A stretch of 64,000 nt of DNA, from assembly GCA_002269645.1 (NCBI GenBank), contig NIVC01000013.1:62001-126000 (forward strand). Reading direction: 5' to 3'. The number at the start of each line of letters is the position of its first letter. Position 1 is the stretch's first letter. This stretch comes from Macrostomum lignano. Its lineage: Eukaryota. The position numbers were made by a program, and so were the translations under genes. The notes beneath the pieces were generated by a model, which searched no databases, was not told the origin of the DNA, and was given only the letters and a program-made list of their open reading frames with translations. Positions 1 to 13,827 of the stretch are shown piece after piece.

Positions 1-190
1 TCCTCTGACATTCGATCTTCAGTAATTCCCCTTGGACACTCAACAATGAGACTTGGAGGTCCGCCAATATAATTACCTCTGGACACCTGCCACTAATATA
101 CTCGTAGATACATGTACGCTTGAACTGTACTGCACTAATACAAGTGTATTTCCTTAGCCATGCAAACAATTTTTATTTACTGTATTCCAG

Positions 191-450
191 CGCTCAAAGG
201 CCCGAGTCACTACGCAGACGGCGCCAACTCGAGGCGACTCCAGCAGCCCACCTATCAGACAGTCTTGCCGGCAGCCAATCAGCAAGCCGCAGCAGCTGAG
301 GTCCAAAATGCCTACATGACTTTCCGTTACCCTGGCGACGGTGGCGGCAACAGCGGGCAGAAAATGATGATCGACTCAAAACGGCGTCCCTCGCAACCGT
401 CATCTTCAGGTGAAGGGAAATCCTCGTATTTCACAGTCAGCTTCGTCTGA
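191..450 (+). CDS. Probable terminal coding exon of an unidentified + strand gene (upstream exons outside the window)
   Basis: Acceptor TATTCCAG at 183-190, then an open frame to TGA at 448-450. Low-complexity Q/A/S/G protein ending SYFTVSFV. No family recognised. Confidence 0.5.
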
Positions 451-666
451 CGGATTGACTTACGTGTACCATAATTATTCATATATTGTACGACCAGCTC
501 GCTTCTTCATTATGTAACAGCGCATCAAAATGGCATTTTATCATGGTTGGGCATGGCAAAAATAGAAAATTATAAGGGGAAGCCCCAGTAACTATGCAAA
601 ATCTTAGGTATATAAATATATGAGTAAATAGGTTATCTATGCAACTATTAAAACTCAATTTTTTAT

Positions 667-1350
667 GGAAAATCCATAGCAACCATGGGAAAGCCCTAGC
701 GACTATAGGAAATCCCTAGCAACCATGGGAAAGCCCTAGCGTCTATAGGAAATCCCTAGCAACCATGGGAAAGCCCTAGCGACTATAGGAAATCCCTAGC
801 AACCATAGGAAATTCCTAGTATTTATAGGAAATTCCTAGCAACCGTGGAAAATCCCTAGTGTCAATAGGAAATCCCTAGCAACCATGGGAAATTCCTAGT
901 ATCTATAGGAAATTCCTAGCAGCCGTGGAAAATCCCTAGTGTCAATAGGAAATCCCTAGCAACCATGGGAAATTCCTAGTATCTATAGGAAATTCCTAGC
1001 AGCCGTGGAAAATCCCTAGCGTCTATAGGAAATCCCTAGCAACCATAGGAAATTCCTAGCAACCATAGGAAATTCCTAGCAACCATAGGAAATCCCTAGC
1101 AACCATAGGAAATTCCTAGTATCTATAGGAAATTCCTAGCAACCATGAAAAATCCCTAGCGTCTATAGGAAATCCCTAGCAACCATAGGAAAAATCCCTA
1201 GTATCTATAGGAAATCCCTAGCAACCATAGGAAATCCCTAGCAACCATAGGAAAAATCCCTAGTATCTATAGGAAATCCCTAGCAACCATAGGAAAAATC
1301 CCTAGTATCTATAGGAAATCCCTAGGAACCGTGGAAAATCCCTAGCAACT
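667..1350. repeat. Minisatellite, 20-bp units in alternating 40-bp pairs (AACCATGGGAAAGCCCTAGC / GACTATAGGAAATCCCTAGC)
   Basis: Tandem repeats read directly. Confidence 0.95.
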
Positions 1351-2033
1351 AGGAATTCTGTATCTGTAGTTGTCTAAGTTGCCACAGCAAAAGGTTTAAG
1401 CAGATTAACATATATCAAGAATGCTTGGTAACCGTAATTCACACTCGCAACCAATCAATTATGTATAATTAAAACTTCAATAATATCCCAATCTCATTCC
1501 CATCGCCGCATTGTTAATAACACGAGCTATCATGCTTTTCCTCTTGATTTATGTCAATGCAGACTTGTTATTCGTCTTTCTACTCATAAATGCGTATTAC
1601 TTCTTGCTGTAAGTTTTTAATAGCACCGATTAATCTCTCTCTTCAATTAATACTTATTGCTGATTGCTTGCTGTTAATAAAATAATTATAGTGAATTAAA
1701 AATAATAAAATTGCACAATAATTTTTGTTTGAAGTTTCTTTAATGTCTGAATATTGTGAACAGGTAATAAACCAACTTGACTTTATGCATATTTTATATA
1801 TATTTGGCAACACAAAATTACACAGGCATGAGCTATAAGCTGTACAGATTAGCTGGGAACATACCAAGCAGGTGCACGTTTTGTTACCTTATAAATTTGC
1901 TAAATAAAAGGCAGACAGGTACTTAACTACAAGAATTGTTAATTTTTTACTTGAAGACAAACTTTAGTTTTTTAAGTTAAAAAAGCAGAGTTGATAGCAG
2001 CAGAAACTCTGGTTCAATATCTGGAAATGAAAT

Positions 2034-5000
2034 TTAATTGCTGCTTAGCTTGTAGAAGCGGTTTTTCCTGGCCCAGCAACTGAGGATCTGGGAGGCTGGC
2101 CCAGCAACTGGGGATCTGGGAGGCTGGCCCAGCAACTGGGGATCTGGGAGGCTGGCCCAGGAACTGAGGATCTGGGAGGCTGGCCCAGCAACTGAGGATC
2201 TGGGAGGCTGGCCCAGCAACTGGGGATCTGGGAGGCTGTCAGCGCAGCAACTGGGGATCTGGGAGGCTGGCCCAGCAACTGGGGATCTGGGAGGCTGGCC
2301 CAGCAACTGGGGATCTTGGAGACTGGCCCAGCAACTGGGGATCTTGGAGGCTCGCCCAGCAACTGGGGATCTGGGAGACTGGCCCAGCAACTGAGGATCT
2401 GGGAGGCTGGCCCAGCAACTGGGGATCTGGGAGGCTAGCCCAGCATTGGGATCTGAGAGGCTCGCCCAGCAACTGTGGATCTGGGAGGCTGGCACAGCAA
2501 CTGGGGATCTGGGACACAGACCCGCACGCCAATTACCTGCCAGCTCCGCCCTGTCGGAGCTGCCAGCGCCCGCCGCCGCCGCCGCGCTGCCTGTGGCCGA
2601 TGAGATGCGGCACCTCCGCATCGGCAATCGCAGCTGCCGCTGCTGCCTCATCCGCAGCTTCGTCTCGCCGCATCTGCGCCTCCGTGATGCTCAGTGTGGC
2701 TCGTTTAACAGCCTCTCGCTCTCTGGCGTCGGCTTCAACGGCGGCCAGGTAACGCCTGGCCAGGTGGCTGTCGGCCGGCAGCCGCACCACAGGCTGGTTG
2801 CGCGAGTTGCCGCCACGGCGGGCCATGACGGTGAAGGCCACGGTGCCAGCAGCCGGAGCGTCAGCGGCTGGAGAATTGGAGGCACAGGCGACGGAATTCG
2901 GATCGCCGGAAGCGGACAGAAACCCGGGCGGGCCACCGACGCCGCCGCCGACGCCGCTGCCCACACCACCGCCGCCTTCCACAGCCAGAGTTCGTTCGAA
3001 AGCTCGAATGAATTCCTCGTCCTCCGGGCAGGCCATCAGCTCCGGCCTGGGCGACTGCCGCCGCTGGGGAGTCGCCGAGTTCGATGATGCTCTGTCGGCG
3101 TCGTCTTCGCCTTCCGGATTGTCACCGTCGGTGCCAGCGTCATCCCGACGATGATTCCGTCCACCGGAGCGTCGCTTCCCGCCGCCTCTCTCGTCATCTC
3201 CGTCCTCTTCATCATCATCATCGTCCTCATCGTCTTCGTCTTCAGTCGCTGACGTGCCCGAAGCTGTCGAGGTGGCACCTGCGGCGCCGGAGGCTTCTAC
3301 TATCGTGGTCAGCTGACCGCGAGCTGCTGTGTCGCTTTGCTGTTGAAGCTTGGCGGCCACGCGTTCTGCGAATCATTTGGGTTACCACTTGGGATTAATC
3401 AAGAGGGCAAGAGTTGCGGGCTCGTTCTCGTGCACGAGCCGCAAACTTAGAGCCAAGAGTCACGAGATCTGGGATCTGGGATTAGGGATTAAAAATATGG
3501 ATATATGATTAGGGACCTGGAATATGGGATTTAGGGATCTGGAATATGGGATTAGGGATCTGGAATATGGGACTTAGGGATCTGGAATATGGGATTAGGG
3601 ATCTGGAATATGGGATTAGGGATCTGGAATATGGGATTTAGGGATCTGGAATATGGGACTTAGGGATCTGGAATATGGGATTAGGGATCAATATGGGATT
3701 TAGGGATCTGGAATATGGGATTAGGGATCTGGAATATGGGATTTAGGGATCTGGAATATGGGACTTAGGGATCTGGACTATGGGATTAGGGATCTGGAAT
3801 ATGGGATTAGGTATCTTGAATATGGGATTTAGGGATCTGGAATATGGGATTAGGGTGCTGGAATATGGGATTAGGGATCTGGAATATGGGATTTAGGGAT
3901 CTGGAATATGGGATTTAGGGATCTGGACTATGGGATTAGGGATCTGGAATATGGGATTATGTATCTTGAATATGGGATTTAGGGATCTGGAATATGGGAT
4001 TAGGGTGCTGGATTATGGGATTAGAGATCTGGAATATGGGATTAGGGATTTGGAATATGGGATTAGGGATTTGGAATATGGGATTAGGGATTTGGAATAT
4101 GGGATTAGGGATCTGGAATATGGGATTAGGGATCTGCGATATGAGATAAGGGATTTGGAGATTTTCTTTTAGTGCCCCGGCAACTCCTCCAATTGATAAA
4201 AAACTTACCAAGCTTAGCAAGAAATGCTTTCTCCTGCTTGTCAACAAACAATCTAGCCTCTTGAAAATTATTTGCGTGCTTAAATTTCGGCCTCAAAGAG
4301 TCCACAGTCTCTGTGTAGAGATATTCGATATCTAAAGGAAACGGTCGATCCTCGCTAGACCAAACTAATTGTCGCCGTTTAGACCAATAATACTGCTGCA
4401 AGTAGAGCAGGTAGGCGTCCAGGCGCTTCTTATTAGAGCCTGTGTCGAAGTACTGCCCGCAAGTCTGCAACAGAACACACGACAGACGAATCCTGAGTAG
4501 ATGCTCGGGAGGATCAAGCGAAATGTAATCGGCTGCCGGAGGTGGAGAAGACTGCTCAGGAGCGGTAGGATCGGACAGGTCTACACCAAAGGATATAAAA
4601 GAATGCAAAGTATTAAATATCAGACCGCTCTCAACTAGGCAGTAGTTGTATAGCTCGCCCAGGTATCTGGAGCAAGCTATTCTGCGTTGATTCAATCGAG
4701 TCTCGTTAATCTCCATGCCGAGGCGAATGTCTTCGAGCACGTTGTCAACTACGGCTATGGCAACTGACGGTTGGTAGGGCGCTAGACCGGCCAGGACTGA
4801 GGCCAGACAGTGCACAGAGCTGTAGGGGATGCACCAGACGCTGGTGAAGCAGCGGACAGCAAATTGGGAGATTTCTGGATCAGTCCAGGGCAGCCGGAGG
4901 CACAGGTTCAGCACCTGGGGGTTTAAGGTGTTAGCATTTGTCTATCCTGTCTGTTTGGAATAATTCTTTCTCGATAAATAATTCCCCCTGAAAAAGATTC

Positions 5001-7327
5001 TCCATGCTAAATAATTCCCTATTGATTAATAATTCTCCATGCTGAATAATTCCCTATTGATTAATAATTCCCCATGCTGAATAATTCCCTGTTGATTAAT
5101 AATTCTCAATGCTGAATAATTCCCTATTGATTAATAATTCCCCATGCTGAATAATTCCCTGTTGATTAATAATTCTCCATGCTGAATAATTCCCTGTTGA
5201 TTAATAATTCTCCATGCGGAATAATTCCCTGTTGATTAATAATTCTCCATGCGGAATAATTCCCTGTTAATAAATAATTCTCCATGCGGAATAATTCCCT
5301 GTTGATAAATAATTCTCCATGCTGAATAATTCCCTGTTGATTAATAATTCTCCATGCGGAATAATTCCCTGTTGATTAATAATTCTCCATGCGAAATAAT
5401 TCCCTGTTGATAAATAATTCTCCATGCTGAATAATTCCCTATTGATTAATAATTCTCAATGCTGAATAATTCCCTGTTGATTAATAATTCTCCATGCGGA
5501 ATAATTCCCTGTTGATTAATAATTCTCCATGCGGAATAATTCCCTGTTGATTAATAATTCTCCATGCTGAATAATTCCCTGTTGATTAATAATTTTTCAT
5601 GCTGAATAATTCCCCTTGATAATTCTCCAAGTGAATAATTCCCTGTTGATTAATAATTCTCCATGCGGAATAATTTCCTGTTGATTAATAATTCTCCAAG
5701 CTGAATAATTCCCTGTTGATTAATAATTCTCCATGCTAAATTAATTCCCTGTTGATTAATAATTCTCCAAGCTGAATAATTCCCTGTTGATTAATAATTC
5801 TCCATGCTAAATTAATTCCCTGTTGATTAATAATTTTTCATGCTGAATAATTCCCCTTGATAATTCTCCAAGTGAATAATTCCCCTTACAAAATTACACA
5901 CACTATAAACAATGGTCCTCATCAAAGAATTCCCCAAATCCTTGTAAAACTCCAGCATTTCCACTAGCCGGGAGGTCCCGCCAGCACACAACGGGTGTGT
6001 CACCTTTTCAACGGTAGAATTGCACAGGTCCTTGAACAGCAGCCGTTGCAGGAACTGCATCATTGGCGGCAACAGGACTACTTTAGCTAATCGACGAGAG
6101 TTGGCGTCGGGCGGCGCCACAGAATAATAGGCATTTTCAATCATTGCTGATAGGCGTTCGTCTGTCACCATCTTGGTCTTCTTGTTCCACAGATTGCGCA
6201 GGTACACCTGAATTGTTGCCATGAAGCAGGGAAGAACAAGAGGCTCAGTCAGTCACTGACCAATCAGAGAGCACCGCAGGGTATTCAGTCAGTCACTGAC
6301 CAATCAGAGAGCACCGCAGGGTATTCAGTCAGTCACTGACCAATCAGAGAGCACCGCAGGGTATTCAGTCAGTCACTGACCAATCAGAGAGCACCGCAGC
6401 GTATTCAGTCAGTCACTGACCAATCAGAGAGCACCGCAGGGTATTCAGTCAGTCACTGACCAATCAGAGAGCACCGCAGGGTATTCAGTCAGTCACTGAC
6501 CAATCAGAGAGCACCGCAGGGTATTCAGTCAGTCACTGACCAATCAGAGAGCACCGCAGGGTATTCAGTCAGTCACTGACCAATCAGAGAGCACCACAGG
6601 GTATTCAGTCAGTCACTGACCAATCAGAGAGCACCGCAGGGTATTCAGTCAGTCACTGACCAATCAGAGAGCACCGCAGGGTATTCAGTCAGTCACTGAC
6701 CAATCAGAGAGCACCGCAGCGTATTCAGTCAGTCACTGACCAATCAGAGAGCACCGCAGCGTATTCAGTCAGTCACTGACCAATCAGAGAGCACCGCAGG
6801 GTATTCAGTCAGTCACTGACCAATCAGAGAGCACCGCAGGGTATTCAGTCAGTCACTGACCAATCAGAGAGCACCGCAGGATATTCAGTCAGTCACTGAC
6901 CAATCAGAGAGCACCGCAGGATATTCAGTCAGTCACTGACCAATCAAAGAGCACCACAGGCCGCTCAGTCAGTCACTGACCGATCAGAGAGCATCACAGG
7001 CCATTCCGTAATAAAACAAAGCAATTACGCACCTTAATTCGCAGGTGAGTCTCAGGTGTAGCATACAGATACCGACCACAGCTTTCCAATAGGGTGCAAG
7101 CCAATTCAATGCTGTGATGACTGAAATTAATTATTAACAATTTCAAATCAGCGGCCGCATCAGCCAAAGGAAACAGGCCGAATTTGACCAGCTCTCCGAT
7201 GAATCTGACAGTCTGTGGGGAGCGAGTGAATTTTGTTATCAATATTGTTTATTAGGCAATAAAATGATAGGAATTACAAAGTCTAAGACAGAATTACAGA
7301 CAGGCAGACAGCCAAACGGAAAGACAC

Positions 7328-7366
<39 letters not shown>

Positions 7367-7368
7367 GC

Positions 7369-7399
<31 letters not shown>

Positions 7400-7440
7400 C
7401 CAGCCAGACGGACAGACAGATAGACAGACAGACAGACAGC

Positions 7441-7473
<33 letters not shown>

Positions 7474-10400
7474 AGCCAGACGGACAGACAGACAGACAGA
7501 CAGCCAGACGGACAGACAGATAGACAGACAGACAGACACAGACAGGCAGACAGACAGAGCAAGCGGCACCAACCTTCAGCTTGGACTCCAGGTTAGTGTG
7601 GTCTTTCTTATGAAAAGCGTGCCGAAAGTCGGCCTGCAGCCGCTGCCGCAGCTCCTGGGCCACCTCGGGCGCCACGGGCTGCAGCACGGCTGCCAGACGG
7701 GCGTAGAACGGCAGCAGGTCGGACCTGCTGCGGTGCACAGTGAGCATGGCGTGACTCAGGCGCCTCCTGGCGGATTTGGAATTCAATCCGGTGGCAAATT
7801 CCACAGCCGCTTTATCGATCATGTCGCGATTGACAAGAGTTGGCAGCGCGGTCAGGAACTGCTCTAGCTGAGCCTGGCGCTGAGTCTGAGTCTGAGCAGG
7901 AGCAGCAGGTTGGCTAGTTAATACAGCAGATTCTTCATCGTCATCTTGCTGAGCCGTGGCCGAGGTCGAAGTAGCGTCGGTAGTTTCGACACTGTCGGGC
8001 TCCGCAGGCGCTGCCGCCGCAGCCGCTTGCTGCTCTTCCTCTTCGAGCAGTTCTCGTTCTAAAGCGGCTTCATCGTCTTCCGCTGCTTCCGTGTCTGCTT
8101 CTGCAGATTCTGATTTCTGTTCGGCTTTGCTTTGATCTTCTTGACGCTCGGTTTCTTCTTCTTTTAGCGCGATTGAATCTTCCGTTTTCTTCAGGTTTAT
8201 TTAATGAAGAGTCAATAAAGTAGTTTTGTTATATGTTGCTACTATTAGTCGCATTGCTATATTGCTACTATTAGTACTTTTGCTATATTGCTATTATTAG
8301 TAGCCTTGCTATATTGCTACTATTAGTAGCCTTGCTATATTGATACTATTAGTACTTTTGCTATATTGCTACTATTAGTAGCCTTGCTATATTGATACTA
8401 TTAGTACTTTTGCTATATTGCTACTATTAGTAGCCTTGTATGTTGCTACTATTAGTAGCCTTGCTATATTGATACTATTAGTACTTTTGCTATATTGCTA
8501 CTATTAGTAGCCTTGTATGTTGCTACTATTAGTAGCATTGCTATATTGCTACTATTAGTAGCCTTGCTATATTGCTACTATTAGTAGCCTTGTATGTTGC
8601 TACTATTAGTGGCATTGCTATATTGTTACTATTAGTAGCCTTGCTATATTGCTACTATTAGTAGCTGTGCTATATTGCTACTATTAGTAGCTGTGCTATA
8701 TTGCTACTATTAGTAGCTGTGCTATATTGCTACTATTAGTAGCCTTGCCATATTGCTACTATTAGTAGCCTTGCTATACTGCTACTATTAGTAGCATTGC
8801 TATATTGCTACTATTAGTAGCATTGCTATACTGCTACTATTAGTAGCTTTGCTATATTGCTACTATTAGTGGCATTGCTATACTGCTACTATTAGTAGCT
8901 TTGCTATATTGCTACTATTAGTAGCATTGCTATACTGCTACTATTAGTAGCTTTGCTATATTGCTACTATTAGTGGCATTGCTATACTGCTACTATTAGT
9001 AGCATTGCTATATTGCTACTATTAGTAGCATTGCTATATTACTACTATTAGTAGCATTGCTATATTGCTACTATTAGTAGCATTGCTATGTTGCTACTAT
9101 TAGTAGCTTTGCTATATTGCTACTATTAGTAGCATTGCTATATTGCTACTATTAGTAGCATTGCTATATTGCTACTATTAGTAGCATTGCTATATTGCTA
9201 CTATTAGTAGCTTTGCTATATTGCTACTATTAGTAGCATTGCTATATTGCTACTATTAGTAGCCTTGCTATATTGCTACTGGCCTATACCTGCTTAGTAG
9301 CAGCAGCAGCCGCAGCAGCAGTCTCCATTCGCTCTTTGGCCTCTCTAACCAGCACTTCCGGCAGCATTGGCCTCAAATCTGGCAGAGTTTCGTAGAAAGC
9401 TCTCGCGTCCTCGTCTTCAAAGCGGCCTAAAACGCCCGAAGCTTCGTCCAGGCCTGGAAGGCGACCCGCACCGGCCGGGGCAGACAGAGAGTCGGCCACG
9501 GCTCGCTCCTCTTCGTCCAGATCGTCCGATTCGATTGGCGGCAGTTCGGGAGCTGGCTCGCCGAGTAAGTTGCACAGCTGGTTGGCCAGGCCTGGCAGTT
9601 TTAATAGGGATTTCTACCGTTTTATATGGGGATTTCTACCGCTTTATATGGGGATTTCTAGCGTTTTATACTCGTATGGGGATTTCTACCGTTTTATATG
9701 GGGATTTCTACCGCTTTATATGGGGATTTCTAGCGTTTTATATGGGGATTTCTACCGATTTATGAGGATTTCTACCGACTTATATGAGGATTTCTACCGA
9801 TTTATGAGAATCTCTACCGATTTATATGGGGATTTCTACCGTTTTATATGAGGATTTCTACCGATTTATATGGGGATTTCTACCGTTTTATATGGGGATT
9901 TCTACCGATTTATGAGGATTTCTACCGACTTATATGAGGATTTCTACCGATTTATGAGGATTTTTACTGATTTATGAGGATTTCTACCGATTTATGAGGA
10001 TTTCTACCGACTTGTGTTGAGTGAATCAAGAAAAACAAAATTTATTGCAATTGTCACCCACCAAGCAATCTATCAACTTCTTTTTTGCACGTCTCAAAAG
10101 CGTCGCGCCTGTCCTGACTGAGCTCGCCTTTACTATTCAAAATTCGCCGATTCTGCCGGTCCATCCGACTCAACTCGCCAGCCCGGTCGGTCAGTGAGCT
10201 GGTCAACCTTTTGCCGTATTCGGTTAACAATCGATAGAACGGACGCTTGGTCTCGGCTTCTAAATAGTGAGTACCGCGAGGCAACTCAACTGCTGGGCTG
10301 CACCGGTTGGCCAGTGCGAGTTTTCTAGTTGGCAGCTGGCCAATAAGCGAGTCGCCAGAGTGGCTCAACAGGTGACAGACTAAACCGCAGTGAGAGAAAT

Positions 10401-11940
10401 CCGCGTCATTCAATGTCAGAGCTTGCAAGCATTGGCCAAGCAGCTTCAAAGCTGGCATTGTTGGTAGAACTTTTGCGAATATTAAATCCGAATATAGACG
10501 GAGATCGACACGTAGTTTAGCCAGATTCCACTGGTTCTGCTGGGACTCTTTCGGTTGTTGCTGCTTTGGCAGCAGAACCTTTCGCCAAGCATCCAGCGCC
10601 AATTCAGCGTATTCGGCATAGTTTCTAGCTAGTAAGCAATTAATTAGCAAGATGCTTGATAGATCGCTAGATTTCAACTTGGCTTCTAACAGTGCATTGG
10701 CAACTTCTTCAAGGTATTTAGACAGGTTTAGGGCTGGCAGTTCTCGCATGATGGCGTCTCGCTGAGATTCCGTGTAGTTTTTCTGCGGGATTTGAGCAAT
10801 TGATGGAGTTTGCTAATACCGCTAATTAACATGGAATTGCTTGTTAGTCTTTTAGGGGTCTGTTGGGCATCTCCACAAATCAGAGGCGACAGAGACAAGT
10901 TGCTGAGCTGCCAAGACTCAAATGGGGGGAGTTGCTGAGCTGCCGAGACTCAAATGGGGGGGAGTTGCTGAGCTGCCAAGACTCAAATGGGAGGAGTTGC
11001 TGAGTTGCCAAGACTCAAATGGGGGGGGGAGTTGCTGAGTTGCCAAGACTCAAATGGGGGGAGTTGCTGAGTTGCCAAGACTCAAATGGGGGGGGGGAGT
11101 TGCTGAGTTGCCAAGACTCAAATGGGAGGAGTTGCTGAGTTGCCAAGACTCAAATGGGGGGAGTTGCTGAGTTGCCAAGACTCAAATGGGGGGAGTTGCT
11201 GAGTTGCCAAGACTCAAATGGGGGGAGTTGCTGAGTTGCCAAGACTCAAATGGGGGGAGTTGCTGAGTTGCCAAGACTCAAATGGGGGGGGAGTTGCTGA
11301 GTTACCAAGACTCAAATGGGGGGGGGAGTTGCTGAGCTGCCAAGACTCAAATGGGGGGGTTGCTGAGCTGCCAAGACTCAAATGGGGGGGGGAGTTGCTG
11401 AGCTGCCAAGACTCAAATAGGGTGCCGATATCTTAGGCTATAAAACATGATATCACGCATAGTTTATGCCTCCTGAACACGAACTCACCAGCTTCTTCAC
11501 AAAGGCGGTATTCCGTTTCAGACTGGAGTCATTCTTGGCGAATGGTGGAAAATCTGCGCACTCGCTAGGATTCTCGTTGCCTAGCAACAGAGCGTCCAAC
11601 TGGCCGTAACGAGTGGACAATTCAACGCGATATGCTTCCGATTCGGCCTTAAATAATTGCGTTAAAAACTTGTTAAAACCTTGTTTTTTTCTTACAATAC
11701 TACTAAATCGAGAAAAAAGTAAGTAGTAAGAAATGCTAATTTTTACAAACCATTTCTTCCTCGGATAAAGGATTACTTCCCGCCAGATCTGTTGCCGGCT
11801 TCTCCTTATCCGTTGCTTCATCTAGAAATTGAATTTATTAATTAACAAAATTAATGTACAATTTATTAATTTTAACCAATATTCATCAATAGCTTACTAC
11901 TGCTCTGCATTTGGTCAGCATTATCAACTTCTGTAGCCAT
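2034..11940 (-). CDS. UPF2: Regulator of nonsense transcripts 2 (three MIF4G domains plus C-terminal UPF1-binding region), about 1287 aa, 11 exons
   Basis: Exons 11898-11940, 11751-11821, 11489-11647, 10062-10782, 9290-9591, 7574-8188, 7033-7212, 6004-6207, 4209-4914, 2537-3365, 2034-2067. All GT-AG with consistent phases, 3864 nt total. Motifs [61 protein letters not shown] and FTVMARRG match UPF2. Confidence 0.97.
2068..2515. repeat. 28-bp minisatellite GGGGATCTGGGAGGCTGGCCCAGCAACT in last UPF2 intron
   Basis: About 16 tandem copies; the last unit supplies the acceptor CCAG. Confidence 0.95.
3470..4160. repeat. 21/22-bp minisatellite GGATCTGGAATATGGGATTAG in UPF2 intron
   Basis: Tandem repeats read directly. 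Confidence 0.95.
4975..5885. repeat. 35-bp minisatellite AATTCTCCATGCTGAATAATTCCCTGTTGATTAAT in UPF2 intron
   Basis: Tandem repeats read directly. Confidence 0.95.
6246..6995. repeat. 40-bp highly homogeneous minisatellite TCAGTCAGTCACTGACCAATCAGAGAGCACCGCAGGGTAT in UPF2 intron
   Basis: About 18 near-identical copies. Confidence 0.97.
7300..7560. repeat. (GACA)n microsatellite in UPF2 intron
   Basis: Read directly. Confidence 0.95.
8232..9280. repeat. 26-bp minisatellite with internal palindrome TGCTACTA-T-TAGTAGCA in UPF2 intron
   Basis: Tandem repeats read directly. Confidence 0.95.
9606..10012. repeat. 20/22-bp minisatellite GGGATTTCTACCGTTTTATATG in UPF2 intron
   Basis: Tandem repeats read directly. 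Confidence 0.95.
10899..11418. repeat. About 32-bp minisatellite GAGTTGCTGAGTTGCCAAGACTCAAATG(G)n with variable poly-G, in UPF2 intron
   Basis: Tandem repeats read directly. Confidence 0.95.
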
Positions 11941-12499
11941 GGAAATTTAGCTCATTGGAGTAGCTGGTTGCAGTATTGTTTTATTGTATATAATGTTAGT
12001 GCGGCGCTTTCCTGCTGAAAAGTACATAGAAACAGATACACACATCGCAGTTTTAGTATAGTGGACTAGCACTCTTAGCCCCCCTTTGGGTTGGTGTAAT
12101 ACAAAACTTAGCTTAAATAAATAAGGCTACCCCCAAAAAATGTCAATACTACTAAGCAGTAGTTGGCAGTAGTATCGCTGAATAAATTATAGAGATTTTA
12201 TTATTATTGCATCACCAAAGAAGTTTGCGCATTTTAAAATTCGCGGAATACATAAAATTTTAGTTTAACAAAAACCGTATATACCACGATACGCAAAAGT
12301 TAGAAGAAAGACAAAATAAATACAATAGGTCGGCTTATTTATTGACCGAATTTCTGTTTTTTAGGGGGTTCGCACCGCAAGACACAGCTGGATAAACTGT
12401 TTATAAGACAGAAAAGCATTTTATTACGGCAAATAGTTTATAAAGCCGGTTTGGCCTGGATATTTTAATAAAAAATCGATTAAAAATAGAGTTTCAGAT

Positions 12500-13738
12500 G
12501 TAATTCTGAAGGTTCAGAGGCGATTCTGGAGGTTCAGAGGCGATTCTGGAGGTTCAGAGGCGATTCTGGAGGTTCAGAGGCGATTCTGGAGGTTCAGAGG
12601 CGATTCTGAAGGTTCAGAGGCGATTCTGAAGGTTCAGAGGCGATTCTGAAGGTGGTTTAGAGGCGATTCTGAAGGTGGTTTAGAGGCGATTCTGGAGGTT
12701 CAGAGGCGATTCTGGAGGTTCAGAGGTGATTCTGAAGGTTCAGAGGCGATTCTGAAGGTGGTTTAGAGGCGATTCTGGAGGTTCAGAGGCGATTCTGGAG
12801 GTTCAGAGGCGATTCTGAAGGTTCAGAGGCGATTCTGAAGGTGGTTCAGAGGCGATTCTGGAGGTTCAGAGGCGATTCTGGAGGTGGTTCAGAGGCGATT
12901 CTGGAGGTGGTTCAGAGGCGATTCTGGAGGTTCAGAGGCGATTCTGGAGGTTCAGAGGCGATTCTGGAGGTTCAGAGGCGATTCTGAAGGTTCAGAGGCG
13001 ATTCTGAAGGTGGTTTAGAGGCGATTCTGAAGGTGGTTTAGAGGCGATTCTGGAGGTTCAGAGGCGATTCTGGAGGTTCAGAGGCGATTCTGAAGGTTCA
13101 GAGGCGATTCTGAAGGTGGTTTAGAGGCGATTCTGGAGGTTCAGAGGCGATTCTGGAGGTTCAGAGGCGATTCTGAAGGTTCAGAGGCGATTCTGAAGGT
13201 GGTTCAGAGGCGATTCTGGAGGTTCAGAGGCGATTCTGGAGGTGGTTCAGAGGCGATTCTGGAGGTGGTTCAGAGGCGATTCTGGAGGTGGTTCAGAGGC
13301 GATTCTGGAGGTGGTTTAGAGGCGATTCTGAAGGTGGTTTAGAGGCGATTCTGAAGGTGGTTCAGAGGCGATTCTGGAGGTTCAGAGGCGATTCTGGAGG
13401 TGGTTCAGAGGCGATTCTGGAGGTGGTTCAGAGGCGATTCTGGAGGTGGTTTAGAGGCGATTCTGAAGGTGGTTTAGAGGCGATTCTGAAGGTGGTTCAG
13501 AGGCGATTCTAAAGGTGGTTTAGAGGCGATTCTGAAGGTGGTTTAGAGGCGATTCTGAAGGTGGTTCAGAGGCGATTCTGAAGGTGGTTTAGAGGCGATT
13601 CTGAAGGTGGTTCAGAGGCGATTTTAAAGGTTCAGAGGCGATTCTGAAGGTGGTTCAGAGGCGATTCTGAAGGTGGTTTAGAGGCGATTTTGAAGGTTCA
13701 GAGGCGATTCTGAAGGTGGTTTAGAGGCGATTCTGAAG
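12500..13738. repeat. 20/23-bp minisatellite GAGGCGATTCTGRAGG(TGG)TTYA, with a 360-bp higher-order duplication, between NUB1 and UPF2
   Basis: Blocks 12541-12900 and 12901-13260 are near-identical. Confidence 0.95.
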
Positions 13739-13827
13739 ACGAAACCCTTACGGCCCCAGCTGCTTAAATTTTCATGACGACGTTCGCCCAGATATATTGA
13801 AATTAGTTACAGAGCATTATCCCAAAA

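Noticed and set aside
2446-3398. + strand ORFs over the UPF2 C-terminal exon (also 25306-26119 over SREK1 and 9367-9765)
   Set aside because: Antisense shadows of GC-rich, low-complexity coding exons.
3366-3470. Possible extra UPF2 mini-exon upstream of the 3365 acceptor
   Set aside because: Phase-compatible readings hit stop codons; the direct 4209-to-3365 join is in frame.
6246-6995. CRISPR-like look of the 26-42 bp arrays
   Set aside because: Units are head-to-tail with no unique spacers, no cas genes are present, and the context is spliceosomal introns.
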